64,000 nt of DNA from Histomonas meleagridis 2922-C6/04-290x (Eukaryota; Protista; Parabasalia), in contig JAANOX010000280.1 of NCBI GenBank assembly GCA_020184695.1, positions 186,001 to 250,000 on the forward strand, in the 5' to 3' direction. Shown here piece after piece: positions 1 to 12,300 of the stretch. Below the pieces are notes generated by a model. That model was not told the origin of the DNA. It saw nothing but the letters and a program-made list of their open reading frames with translations, and did not search any database. Each line of letters opens with the position of its first letter. Position 1 is the first letter of the stretch. A program made the translations under genes and the position numbers.

Positions 1-126
1 TAAAATTTGGTATGTGCCATATTTTAAATTTGTTTTTTTCGCTGTTATTTAATTTGCAAAGTATGTTTAGTTCCCCCTAGAAACAATTTATCTAAATGCC
101 AATTTTGAACTGATTTTAATACGTTG

Positions 127-2847
127 ATGAACTTTTGGTGCACGGCGCCGTTTAAAGTTGTTTTGGAGCAAAACAAACAGGACACAACAGATTTAAACAA
201 TTCAACCCCTCAATCACCGTCAAAAACCAATGAGCAAGACAAAGAAGGAAAAATTTTATATGTGTGTAGACATTGCAACAATATTTCATATCTTTCCCAA
301 GATTTTTTAAATCCAAAGCCAAAAAAGCCACAAAACGAATTTCGTAGAAGGTCTCAAGGAAATGTTAAAGGTGATTTACTTGAATTACAGACGTTAATCA
401 TTCAATCTGATAGTTACAATGATTGGGAAGGAAGACATACATACGAAAACTTAAGAGATTTTATCGAAAAGAAAGGACTTGGCATATTTCCTTTTTGTCC
501 AAAATGTTCGGTTCTTACATCAAACATATTTAAATCCAAAGTCAAATTTTACACTAAAGAAAGCAAAAAACTAAAGGATGGCGCAATTAACTCTAATACA
601 GAAAATGTTCTCAACCAAAAGCTCGCCGAAATCAATGCACAAATGAAACCTCTTAGAGTTGTATCAGCCAATACTCAAAAGCATTTAGACGCACTTTTAT
701 CATCTAAACCAACACTACCAGAGTGTGCTCCAATTCCCACATCCACAACGATTCCACATTCCACATCTATTGGAAATAGTAGTGATCTAGATTTTAACTC
801 TATAATGCTTGCCTCTACTTTTCGTATTTCTACCTTTCGACATTATGCCACCATTAATGGAAATCGAATTGGCACTAATACTCCTGATCCTGTTCAATAT
901 GATGAATTCGACAGCGGATTATATTTTCTTGTTCAGCTTCTTCAAGCGATTGGAAGGATGATCTCATCACCAATTACGAGTTTTAACTTAACATCCGAGA
1001 TACAATTTATTAATAGTAAAGGAGTTTCTGATGTTTTTACATCACTCAAACTTAAATCTAGTAAAACAATTGCAAGTTTTAGAGAAGCTACAAAGTTATT
1101 ATTTAAGGTAAGTCATAAGTTATTTTGGGATCTTACTAAAATTAATATTAACTTTTCGATTCCGAATGAAATCGATTTAAAGAATTCCAAAATTTCTGGC
1201 GAAAGTTATATATATGATCCAAAGAAGCCATATTTGTTTACTTATGCAATAAAAAGATTAGTAATGGACTTAAAAATGATTCAAGCGAGAACAATGCAAT
1301 CTGCTGTTTATAAAATTAATAAAGAATTTAATATGATGAAAATAAATGAAGAGCCAATTATAGAGAAAAATGAAGAAAAAAATGAAGAAGAAAGATTAAG
1401 ACATATCGAATCGCAATTCTTAATAGCTTCGCAATTAACATTCAACAAGGATAAAGAAACTCCAGAATCTTCGAAATTTGAAAGTAGTATATTAACAACA
1501 GAAAATGATAATTTCCCTTCGCAAGTCGAATATTTGGATACTTTGTCAATTATTGCTGAGGAGGATGAAAACGAAGTAAAAGTAAAAGAAGAAGAAATTA
1601 AATGTGAAAATATTAATAAGGAATACATTGGAAATAAAGAAGAAAAGGAGATTAAAGAAGAAGATAAAAATGATGTTAAAGAAGAGATTTACATGGAAAA
1701 TGATAATAACAACGAAACAAAAATGAAAGAAGAATCTGAAAAGATCGAAATTAAAGAAGAAGATAAAAATGAAACTAAAGAAGAGATTAACATGGAAAAT
1801 GATAATAAGAATGAAACAAAAGCTGAAGAAGAAACTGAGGAGAACAGAAAAGAAACGGAAATTCACGAAATTAAAAATGAAAACGAAATTGCTAATGAAG
1901 AAGCAGAAGCAAAGCAAGAAATTAATGAAGAAGAAAAAGAAATTAAAGAAGAAGTCAACCAAGCGGAAAATAAAGTCAAAGAAGAAACTAACAAAAAAGA
2001 AAATAATATTAAAGAAGAATCTGAATCAAAGCAAGAAACTAAAAACGAAGAAAATGAAATTCAATTTGATGAAGAAACAACTAATGGTGAAGAAGCGGAA
2101 TCAATTAAAGAAATTAATGAAAGAGAAAATGAAATCAAAGAAGAAAATAATATTCAAAAAGAATCCGAATCAAAACAAGAAACTAAAGAAGAAAACGAAA
2201 TTAAGAATGAAAAAGAAGAAATCAACAAAGAGGAAGAATCAAATGAGGAAAATAATGAAGAAAAAGAAGTAAAAGATGAGAAAGAAGAAATTAATGAAAA
2301 AGAAGAAGCAGAATCAAATGAAGAAATCAATAATGAAAAAAATGAAATTAAAGAAGAAATGGAAGAAAACATTAAGGAAGAAAGTGAAGTTAAAGAAGAA
2401 GAAAACGAAATTAAAAATGAGAAAGAAGAAACCAAAGAAGAAGCAGAATCAAATAAAGAAATTAACGAAAACATATCCAGTGAAGAACAAAATAAAATTA
2501 TAAACGAAAAAGAAGAAGCTAATGAAGCAGCAGAACCTAATGAAGAGCAAAGTGAAATTAAACACGAGAAAGAAGAAATTAAGGAAGAAGAAACAGCGAC
2601 AAACAAAGAAATCAATGAGGAAGAAAATGAAATTAAACAGAATGAATCCAACGAAGAAAAAAACGAAATTAAAAGTGAGGAAGAAGAAACCATTAAAGAA
2701 GCAGAAACGAATGAAGAAGAAAATGAAGTCAAAGAAAACGAATCCAATGAACAAAATGAAATAAAACACAATGAACCACCAGAAGAAAATAAAGAAGATG
2801 AAACAGAACAAATTGAAGAAAAAACAGAAGAAGAAAACCAAAATTAG
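127..2847 (+). CDS. ATG6: Atg6/Beclin-1 (Vps30)-like protein with a long Glu/Lys/Asn-rich C-terminal tail
   Basis: FPFCPKC resembles Beclin HPLCEEC. YATINGNRIGTNTPDPVQYDEFDSGLYFLVQLL resembles the BARA/ECD motif GTINNFRLG..V.WNEINAAWGQ..LLL. First ATG is at 127 (the track start at 124 is TTG). Confidence 0.7.
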   Translation: MNFWCTAPFKVVLEQNKQDTTDLNNSTPQSPSKTNEQDKEGKILYVCRHCNNISYLSQDFLNPKPKKPQNEFRRRSQGNVKGDLLELQTLIIQSDSYNDWEGRHTYENLRDFIEKKGLGIFPFCPKCSVLTSNIFKSKVKFYTKESKKLKDGAINSNTENVLNQKLAEINAQMKPLRVVSANTQKHLDALLSSKPTLPECAPIPTSTTIPHSTSIGNSSDLDFNSIMLASTFRISTFRHYATINGNRIGTNTPDPVQYDEFDSGLYFLVQLLQAIGRMISSPITSFNLTSEIQFINSKGVSDVFTSLKLKSSKTIASFREATKLLFKVSHKLFWDLTKININFSIPNEIDLKNSKISGESYIYDPKKPYLFTYAIKRLVMDLKMIQARTMQSAVYKINKEFNMMKINEEPIIEKNEEKNEEERLRHIESQFLIASQLTFNKDKETPESSKFESSILTTENDNFPSQVEYLDTLSIIAEEDENEVKVKEEEIKCENINKEYIGNKEEKEIKEEDKNDVKEEIYMENDNNNETKMKEESEKIEIKEEDKNETKEEINMENDNKNETKAEEETEENRKETEIHEIKNENEIANEEAEAKQEINEEEKEIKEEVNQAENKVKEETNKKENNIKEESESKQETKNEENEIQFDEETTNGEEAESIKEINERENEIKEENNIQKESESKQETKEENEIKNEKEEINKEEESNEENNEEKEVKDEKEEINEKEEAESNEEINNEKNEIKEEMEENIKEESEVKEEENEIKNEKEETKEEAESNKEINENISSEEQNKIINEKEEANEAAEPNEEQSEIKHEKEEIKEEETATNKEINEEENEIKQNESNEEKNEIKSEEEETIKEAETNEEENEVKENESNEQNEIKHNEPPEENKEDETEQIEEKTEEENQN
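1560..2840 (+). repeat. Imperfect low-complexity E/K/N-rich coding repeats (e.g. EEEKEIKEE, ESKQETKxEENEI)
   Basis: Purine-rich GAA/AAA-dominated tract; recurrent short peptide units visible in the translation. Confidence 0.85.
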
Positions 2848-2989
2848 CTGACTGCAAAATGAATTTATTAATAAAACATCTGTGGAATAATGAACATGAT
2901 GAGGAAAATAATATTTTTATAAACATACCGATAGTAAATAAATTTTTGAATTTTAAATTGTCGAAAATAAACCATTGAAAACCATTGCA

Positions 2990-5383
2990 ATGGACAATGT
3001 TTATCAGCTTCAGCAGCTGTGCCATCAGCACAAGTATTTTACAGAATTACTTGATATAGAAAGCACAAAACAATCTAAAGATGTTGTTGAACTTATTAAA
3101 TCAGTAATTAAGTACTCACGTTCATTCTGTCAATTCTCAATTAGATATACAACATTGTCCCATCTTAATGTTTTAGATTTGATTAGGTCTCCCATTTATA
3201 CAGAAGACAAAAAGGTACAAGATAAAAAGCAACCAATACCGACTGAATTACAACAAGAAATGCTTAGATTTGGTCAAGCATGTTTTAACTATATTCCATA
3301 TATTTTAGAATCAGCATCAAAATTTTTTCACACTGAAGGATTTAAAGAATATTGTTTTGATTTTGCTGGCTCTGCTTTAATGTCATTATTTGGTTTTTGT
3401 TGGAACAAAGAGCAAAGTAAAACCTGCGTTTCATCTCTTATATATATGGTTATGAATGAAATGAAATATCTTGCCAAAAAGAATATTGATCCACCAATAA
3501 CAACTTCATCATCTTTTCGTAATAATTTTGTCAAAGATCTTATACGACAATTTTTTCTTATTTCAGGAATTCAAAATTATCTAATTTCTTCATTATCTAA
3601 TCCACTTTTAGATCTCTTTAATGACCCTCAACTTACACAGGATCATGACTTTATGCCTATTGTTACCAATTATGCCAAAATCATATTATCTCTTCTTATC
3701 AAAAATGCGAATAAAATGCCAAACATCATATTATATTTCTTCCGCGAGCTATATCAAACAGTTTCAGGAAGTTTTCCAGACAATCCTGATGAATGGAAAT
3801 TATTGATAAAAGTTATCTTTTATGATTCTATAATTCGTCCATCCATTACCAATCCCATGTTATTTGGTATATTTCCTGCAAGTTACATATTACCAAACAC
3901 CCATGTCTTACCCTTTTTATCCAAAGCATTTGGCACTGCCTTAGGCTTTAATGTCACTCCTGATAGCATTTCTGACTCTGACAATGGATCAGAAGAAGCC
4001 ACGACGCTTATAAACTACTTAATTCGTGGTTCATCCGATTTTGACAAAGTCAGCATTCGTGATGTCATCAGCGGTTTTAAGATTGATTGTCCATTACAAT
4101 TATTTTCTACCACTGATTTAATCTTAATAGCGCATATCATCAATAATTCTCCTACGAAAGGCGGTATGCAACATTTTCGTTCATTATGTGAATTTGAAAC
4201 AAGAATTAATTTTAAAGAATATGAAACAACAGATTTATGGTGTGACAACTTAACGATTGACATCCAAAACTATAAACGAAAAGACATACATTTGAACTCA
4301 GTATTTATACCAGTCGATCAACAAGAGATTGCAAATGATCAATTAACATATGTTGCGAAACATTTAATATTTTACTTACAAAACATTCCATTACGACAAA
4401 ATAATTATCAAACAATTAAAGAGTTTTTAGAATCGAATTTAAAAAGAGCGATTGAAATTAACTCTGCAATGGAACAAACTACTACATCAATTATATATGA
4501 GAAAGTTATTGCATTAAATATACCATCTGATGTTATTATTAATCGAGCTAAAGATATAATGTATGAAAAAATGTTTTCACAAAAGAAAATAATTTCGAAT
4601 TCGTTCTTTAATCAAGAAATTTTGGATAAATTATCAGATAATTATCAATCATTACAAAAATTAAATTACCAACAAAGATCGTTCATACATCAAAAACTTG
4701 TCGCGTTTTATTTCTTGAAGAATAAAGAGGATTGGAACGCAATATTAAATGAAAAGGACAAATTCATTCACGACTCAAATTTTTGGTTGGAAACTTTCCA
4801 AAGAACCGCCGATAAAGTTATCAATTTCTCGTGCGCGAACGGTTTGAAGAAATCTGAGGTAAATTCCCTAAAGAAACAGCTTCATTCATATATATTACAA
4901 TTGTTCCCGATGTCAAGTTTCCTAAAGAGACAAGCACCATTGTTAAAACAAGGAGAAAAATTGGTAGCGCAACAATCGATTTTCATTGAAAGATTCGTTA
5001 ATGAAGGACATTCAAAATCACTGCAAAAATTACTTCAAACTGGTCCTTACTTTGAATCGGCTGTTGCAAAGTTACAAAGAATTACTAAATTTAATGCACC
5101 ACTTGACATATTTGATATCATCTCAAATGTTGTTGAAACATTGCAAAACATTTATGGATTTGATTCAGGTGAAGCTATCCCTGGAGATGATTTCCTTCCT
5201 TTAGTTACATTTACAATTTTAAAAGCCGCAATTCCCGAAATATTTGCAATCTCTGCATACTTAAATCATTTCCTTGGGAAGGAAAATGGTGCGATACTGC
5301 TCGAGAGAGAACAAGAATATATATACGCATCATTTATTTCTGCGCTCAAAATTTTACTTGATTCAATGATAAAGTCAAAGTAG
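2990..5383 (+). CDS. RasGAP-like domain plus C-terminal VPS9 (Rab5 GEF) domain protein, GAPVD1/RME-6-like
   Basis: VPS9 motifs PGDDFLPLVTFTILKA and EQEYIYASF. RasGAP-like SFRNNFVKDLI and FYDSIIRPSITNP. ATG at 2990 (the track start is TTG). Confidence 0.7.
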   Translation: MDNVYQLQQLCHQHKYFTELLDIESTKQSKDVVELIKSVIKYSRSFCQFSIRYTTLSHLNVLDLIRSPIYTEDKKVQDKKQPIPTELQQEMLRFGQACFNYIPYILESASKFFHTEGFKEYCFDFAGSALMSLFGFCWNKEQSKTCVSSLIYMVMNEMKYLAKKNIDPPITTSSSFRNNFVKDLIRQFFLISGIQNYLISSLSNPLLDLFNDPQLTQDHDFMPIVTNYAKIILSLLIKNANKMPNIILYFFRELYQTVSGSFPDNPDEWKLLIKVIFYDSIIRPSITNPMLFGIFPASYILPNTHVLPFLSKAFGTALGFNVTPDSISDSDNGSEEATTLINYLIRGSSDFDKVSIRDVISGFKIDCPLQLFSTTDLILIAHIINNSPTKGGMQHFRSLCEFETRINFKEYETTDLWCDNLTIDIQNYKRKDIHLNSVFIPVDQQEIANDQLTYVAKHLIFYLQNIPLRQNNYQTIKEFLESNLKRAIEINSAMEQTTTSIIYEKVIALNIPSDVIINRAKDIMYEKMFSQKKIISNSFFNQEILDKLSDNYQSLQKLNYQQRSFIHQKLVAFYFLKNKEDWNAILNEKDKFIHDSNFWLETFQRTADKVINFSCANGLKKSEVNSLKKQLHSYILQLFPMSSFLKRQAPLLKQGEKLVAQQSIFIERFVNEGHSKSLQKLLQTGPYFESAVAKLQRITKFNAPLDIFDIISNVVETLQNIYGFDSGEAIPGDDFLPLVTFTILKAAIPEIFAISAYLNHFLGKENGAILLEREQEYIYASFISALKILLDSMIKSK

Positions 5384-5444
5384 AAATGTATAAAAGTAAA
5401 ACTTCGTTTATTGATAGGTGTTGTTTTTATAAGAAATTTCACAA

Positions 5445-5825
5445 TTATTTATGTGTATTAAATCCTGAGAACATGGCGCACTTAAAGCGCGATCTACATT
5501 CTTCTAATTGAGCCCGTAAGGTTTGGTTAGCATTAGAAGCTTCTGTGAAACGTTTCCGGAGATTTTGAGCTGTTTGTCTAAGTGTGTTATTCTCATTGAT
5601 CAAATCCGAACCATCATCGAGTTGTTGAGGAGGTCTACTAACAGTTTTTGTGACTGGTTTGGGAGTAGAATAAGTAGTAGTTGGGAATTGAATAGGTACA
5701 TTGATATCATTGGAAAAGGTTGGAGTATCGAAGCTGTCATCGAATATGTTTGAATCACCGAAGCTGTCAGTGGCAAAACTCATTGGAACGAAGGCGTCAT
5801 CTTGGTCGAAATCGAAGTCCCACAT
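5445..5825 (-). CDS. Small hypothetical protein with C-terminal coiled coil
   Basis: 126-aa ATG ORF with coding-like composition; heptad pattern LINENNTLRQTAQNLRKRF. Confidence 0.7.
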   Translation of the reverse strand: MWDFDFDQDDAFVPMSFATDSFGDSNIFDDSFDTPTFSNDINVPIQFPTTTYSTPKPVTKTVSRPPQQLDDGSDLINENNTLRQTAQNLRKRFTEASNANQTLRAQLEECRSRFKCAMFSGFNTHK

Positions 5826-6337
5826 GTACTTTTTTGAAGCTGTTTTTGGCTCTTAAAAAGTGTGGTTTGTTGATTATAAAATTTATCCGTTGAAAACCGA
5901 TCGATTCAATTTTTCAATAATGCTCTCAATCACTGAATAACCCACAGTCTTAGAGTCAAATTTGATAATGGAATGATCGGGTAAAATGTGACGGAACGAT
6001 GCTGCTTTGAAAAAGTTCATTTCGATGTTTATGGCGAATTTTGGAACTTTTTAAGTGGGCGGATTGTTGCAATTTGTCATTATTTGGCCAAATAATACTC
6101 ACTTCCCAAGAGAGAAAACTAGTTTTCTGTATGAATAACCTTTTAGTCAGCAAACAATTTCTTGCTTTTATCTTTATCTATTTCGAACAATAAAATAAAA
6201 ATTTATTCGAATAAATTATTAATAACTGCGCAATAAATTTTAGGTTAACTTCAAGGAAATGAAGTATTCTCATTTATGTTTAAAAAAAAAGAAATTAATT
6301 CGTCAATGGTTTATGTTTAATTAAATCTTTGTTAAGT

Positions 6338-9300
6338 TCATTCATTTTTTGCTAATAGTTCTAATGCTTCTGATATCAAATCGTTAACTTTTGCATCTTC
6401 CATTTTTGTGAAGTTAATTTTGTCGTATTGTACAGCATATTTATTATCTGTCGAATTTATTCCAAGCAAAGCAGCAGCTAATGCTGATATTGAGTCTATT
6501 CTTTGTAGTGAGGATTCTGTTTCGATCATTTTCCAGCATCTGTTCACTAAATCGTTAACAATTGGCACAAAGAAAATTTGATGTTTCTTTGATGCGTAAA
6601 TTAAAACTCTTGCTAAGCAATCGACGCTTTGCAAACATGTTCGTTGTCCGAAGAAGTTTGTAATCACTTTCACCAACCAAGCGCTTTCTTGGAGGCCGAA
6701 CTTTGATATTACATTGAATATAAATTCTTCAAGAGGTTTTCCATTCGTAATTTTTTGTGTCAAAGCTTTAACAGTATCTTCATTACCGAAAGTAATTAAA
6801 GGTACCACAAAGTAAATCAATTTCTCCGAAGAATCCAAAAGATTATCAACACAAAGATTAAAGATTGATATTGTTGTTTGACGAGTATCAATTTCTTCAA
6901 TCGATCTCATAAGGGACATAACGAAAGCTTGATAAAAGTCACGTTCGAAGTTAATATTAAGTGAAGATTCCAAATTTTTGATATCATTTTTAATTTTATT
7001 ATTGTCAGAAACTTGATTACGAATTGATTCAATACTTTGTTTAGGTTCGAACATACATTGTAAACACATATGTAAAAGTTTATTAGCTGCAATTCTAAGC
7101 ATTGTATTCGAATGATTAGCAGCGAATAATGATACCCAAACCAAATATTTAATAGTTTTCATATCATTACTAATAATTTTAATAGCAGAAGCAATTGATT
7201 CAAGACAAATTGCAAGTTTTTGATAAGAGAAGTCAATAGATTTAAATAACTTTGGAAGGTTTTTAATTAAATCAATAACAATTTCTTTAGTACCACCAGT
7301 AAAGTAAATATTTGCAGTAGTCTTAAGATAAAATATTGAAGGGTTATCATTTGGTAAAGTTTTATTAAATAATTCCCTAAAATCTTTTTGATAATCTTTG
7401 CCAAATGATTCCATTAATTTATCAACAAGATCAATTAATTTAATAGCTGGTAATACTTTAGGATGTTCTAATAATTGAAGTATTTTATCACGTGACTTAT
7501 TAATAATTCTTTCTGAATTAGGAAATATACTAAGTAATGAACAAAACATTGCTTCATAACAAGACTTGACAAGTGATATTAATTCAAGTGTAGTATAAAC
7601 ACCACTCATAATAGTTGAAAAGAAGAATAATGGTAAATTAGTTAATACATATTCAGGACAATTAAATGATAATTTGGAAATAATCGAAAAGATTTTCGTA
7701 GGATTAACTGCATCGCCATAACATTTTTGACATATAGTACCATCAAAGAATGTATCAATAACAATTTTACCTACTAATGATCCATGTTTTCTCATAAATG
7801 CTTGAGCAGCTCTTCGAGCAATAGAGAACTTTTGTGTTATAGTATTTTGGGATTCATCAATAGTATTAATTTGAGCAATTAAATAGAATGCAACTTCTAT
7901 AGCTAATTCACTTGTTAAATCATTTAAGAAATAAGAAGTCAATATACTTGCATAAGCAGTATTAGTATAAGAAATCTCAAATAAATTCGATAAAACTGTA
8001 TACATTAAAGGTACATTATCAGAAGAATTCATAAATTCGATAAATAATGGAAGTAAATTCTTTAAAGCTGCTTCAGATTGATTAATTTTTAATAACAATG
8101 ATAAGTTCTCTACTACATCTGATACTAAATTCTTTTCGACAACTTCTTTAAAGAGATTTGTCATATTAACTGTACAATCATCAGCTACATAAACACTACA
8201 ATTAACAACTGGTTTACCTGAATGAATAGCAGCTTCAAATAATTGGATTGCTTGGTTCATTAAAGTCGCTTGATTTTGTGCAATTAAAAGTAATGAAAAT
8301 GATATCATTTGTACTCTAAATGATGATGAAATTGTTATAACTATTTCACTTGATTGAATATATTTACCAACTTTACATTTCATTAATTCATATGCTTGTA
8401 TTATATATTTCTTATATTGTGTTGGTAACTTTAAATGATGATTTTGTAATACCGAACCATCTAATTTATGTACATCGAAGAATATTTCAACACCATTATC
8501 AGTTTCAACTATTGATCGAATTGTATCAATACCTATATATAATGTATGTAATACATTTGTACCTAAAAATGATTTTGTTAATGATACTGCTATAGAAGAT
8601 TCAGCAAAGACTAAATATGCTTCTTTACCATTATATTTAACAGGTACTTGACATCGATATTCAGAAATATTACCAAATGCTGCTTCAGGGAAATAAATTA
8701 AATCTTTCGGTGTTAAGATACTTGATAAGTCATTTAATACAACAACAATATCTTTCATAGATTTAGGTAATTCTGCTGGTAATATATCTTTCATTAATAA
8801 GTTTTGTACCAAAATCGAAGGATTTAATAATACAATTTTACGAATTTTACTTATAAAACCTGTTGGCGCATTTTTAATAATTAATGGAAATTCTTCGACA
8901 ATATGTTTAGGTATTAATGTCAAATTGATAAATAATTGAAATTGATCAACTTTTTCAAAGAACTTATAGAAATATGAAGTAATAATTCCTGGTTTTAATA
9001 TAGGAATTTTAACTAAATCAATGAAATAACCTCGAGAGTTTTCAATTAAACCAATTTCTTGGATACAATTTGAATAATATAATTTAGATTCATCTTCTGG
9101 ACTTAAATCTGGATGTTGAAATACAAACTCTGATCGATCAAATGGAGTTTTATGTAAACCTACAAAAGCAGTAATTATATTCATATCATTACTAATTGTA
9201 TCAAATGAATCCTTATTAATATAAATTTCTTCGATATTAAATATAGTATTCATTAATTTTTCGAATTGTGGTGAAGATTTTAATTTATTAATATAATTCA

Positions 9301-12300
9301 TAATATTTAATTTATTATTAATTTTTATAGATGCATCAAATTGTACTGGGTTTTGTAATAATTTCTTTAAATATCGTTCGATAAATAATGTTGTAGCTAA
9401 TTTAGTTGAAGTTAACTTAGAAAACAATGCTAAATAATATGCAAATTGTGACGTAGGATTAAAGTTTTCAATGAAATCAATAATATTTTCTTCTGTTTGA
9501 ATTAATTTTATTATTTGATTAGTTTGATCTTTTGATGCCATTAATTTAAACCAAGCAGTAAAGAATACAGAAATAGAATTATCATTTTGTAAATTATTTT
9601 CATTACATTCTTTAGCCATTGTCTTAAATAATTCCAAATTCTTATTATAAGCAAATAAATATAAAATTGATGCTTCGATAAATATATGATTTAAAGATGG
9701 AGGTTTCTTAAATAATTCGAAATTATTTCTTGTTAAAACTTGATAAATTTGTTCTTTTTCTTCAATTTCAAATGGATGTTGTTCATTTCGTACTGATCTG
9801 GCACTTGTTAATAATGTATTCAAATATAATGAAGTATCATTTTCACTTGCAGTACTTGCTCTTTTACGTTGTTGTTCACCAGAATTATTAGTCTTTAATG
9901 CAGTCGATGTTAAACTTTTATAACTATCAGAAGTTAATGAAAAACTCATACCACATAATAATGTTAATGATTCAATTAATAAGCATTGGAATAAAGTTGA
10001 AGCATCTTTAGCAATATAAACATAAACTTTCCAAGCAGTCGCAGAATTATTTCTTAAAATAGAATTCAAAGTTAATTGGACAATATTTATAAAACGAATT
10101 GTTTGAAGATTTTCAACAAATTTTTGTAATGATGTTAAAAAGAATATAATAGTTTTCATTAACTTTAATTCTGATGAATAATCAGCTATATGTTGATTTA
10201 CTATAGTTTCATTCATATTAAAGTTATCAAATAATTGAGGTAAAGGTTCACATACAGAAGTTAACATTTCTTCATTAAATTTATCATTACTTTTATCACC
10301 ATAATATAACCCATTTTCAAATAAGATCATAATAATTGATAATCTTTGATTTTGATAAATTTCAGTGTCTTGTGTAGTATAAAATAATGATACATATCGA
10401 CCTAAACTTTTAGCAAATTCTGTTTTCCTATCACCAAATGAACCATATTGTAAAATATTAAATAATTTCGAAATAATATTAACACTTAAACCTACTGATT
10501 CTTTCGAAAGTTTTTGTTTCGATGATATTGATGCCATTACATTAATAATCGTTAACCAAAACCTTGGATTGTCATATTTAAATTCATTAGTAGCTTGATT
10601 TATATGTTGTGACATAATTTTCAAGAACTTTTCAGTAGAAATTGGATTTAAGAATTCAAATGATTCTGCAAATCGATTATCATTAACTTCAGTAACAGAT
10701 ATATAAGAATAAATTGTCGAGAAGAAAAATTCTTCAAATGAAATACTTTGATTACTTGGTATATTTCTTTTACTTAAAAGATTTATTGTCGATAACATAA
10801 ATGGTGTCATTGAATTAATCTTAGCTCGAGTTACATGATAATAAATCGTAGGTTGTCCTATATTAGCGACTTGAATCTTTTTAGTTTCTAATAACTTTGT
10901 TACAAAACCAATATAAGTTTCAAAGATATATTGTGTAATATTAATAATATCAGAATTTTCAGTAGGAATATAATTCCGAATATATGCATTTTTCTCATTA
11001 ATTCCATATATTTGATACATCCAACCTAAGATTTTCTCACAATAATCTAAAATCTTATCATTACATAAAGATCTAAGTAAGAAATTATTAAGTAAAAATA
11101 GTCGGGAATCTTCAGTAGAGATTTTCCCTTTATTATCATTAATTGTTACACTTAATACTAAATAAGCCCAATGTAAAAACATTCCATAAATTATTGGGAA
11201 ATGTACTAAATTTGGTGAATTTAATCGAATTCCAACTTTAAGTTCTTCTTGAAATGTTCGAGCAATTTCGATTATTTCTTCTAAAATTATATTATTTTTA
11301 ACGCCTTCAATCATTAATTTATTAAAGGTGAAAAACGTCTGTAAAAATGTTGTAAATGAATTAGTCTTTGTCGAACCTGTTTGAGCCAAAAGACGAATTA
11401 TATTTTTCACTAATTCTACTTGACGATGAAATACTTGAATTAAATCACTTGCTCTAATATCAAATTTCATAAATGATTGAGGATTAAAGAACATTGGTAC
11501 ATCGACTGAATATGTTTGTACATCTTGAGCAGATAATATCGAATATAATGTATATTTAGGTGATACATTAGTTAATAAGTCGATAATCATTGAAGCATTT
11601 TCTAATGCTTGTGTTCGAGTAATACTATCTGTGTTACGATTCTTTAATGTTTCCATAAATTCATTTAAGGAAAACATCATCTTCTCATAGATATTTGGTG
11701 GGAATTCATTCAGTACATTTTCAACTGGATATCCTTTCATTAACCATTGTAATAATTGGGTCAAATATGGCCAACCATTTTCATCCTTAACTAATTCTAA
11801 TAATGATGATACTTGTGAATTAGAATCTGAATTATTAGTTATCATTATCGCCATTGACCTTGGATATATATGAAGGCGTTGTTCAGGTGTAAATGACTCT
11901 AATAATTTATGAGTGATTTGAGGCTGCTTGATTTTAGGACAATGCTTTTCATAGAAATCATTGAATGGACTGCCTTCAATTTTTGAACTGATGATTTTGG
12001 CATCAAGTAACTCTATCGTTCCACATGTTATATAATATTTCTTATTCGCATTTTTGGCTTTCGCATTTTTAACTTTATGTGCAACTGTTACAAAAAGATG
12101 TGATTTCTTTGAGTTCGTTGCTTCTTTTAATTTGTTATGACACATTGGCATAAGTGCACATATTATAGCGATAAGTTCTGGCTCTGGTTTTGATTTAGGT
12201 TTGTACAATTTGTCAATTAATGCTTCGGCTTCTGGAAATCCGGTCTTAATAAGTGACTCGTGATCTTTTGGACATTCGAGATAAAAGCTGTAAATGAGTT

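Noticed and set aside
1308-2841. Several 75-205 aa ORFs overlapping the Atg6 tail
   Set aside because: Shadow frames of a GAA/AAA-rich low-complexity coding tract (poly-F/S or poly-K translations).
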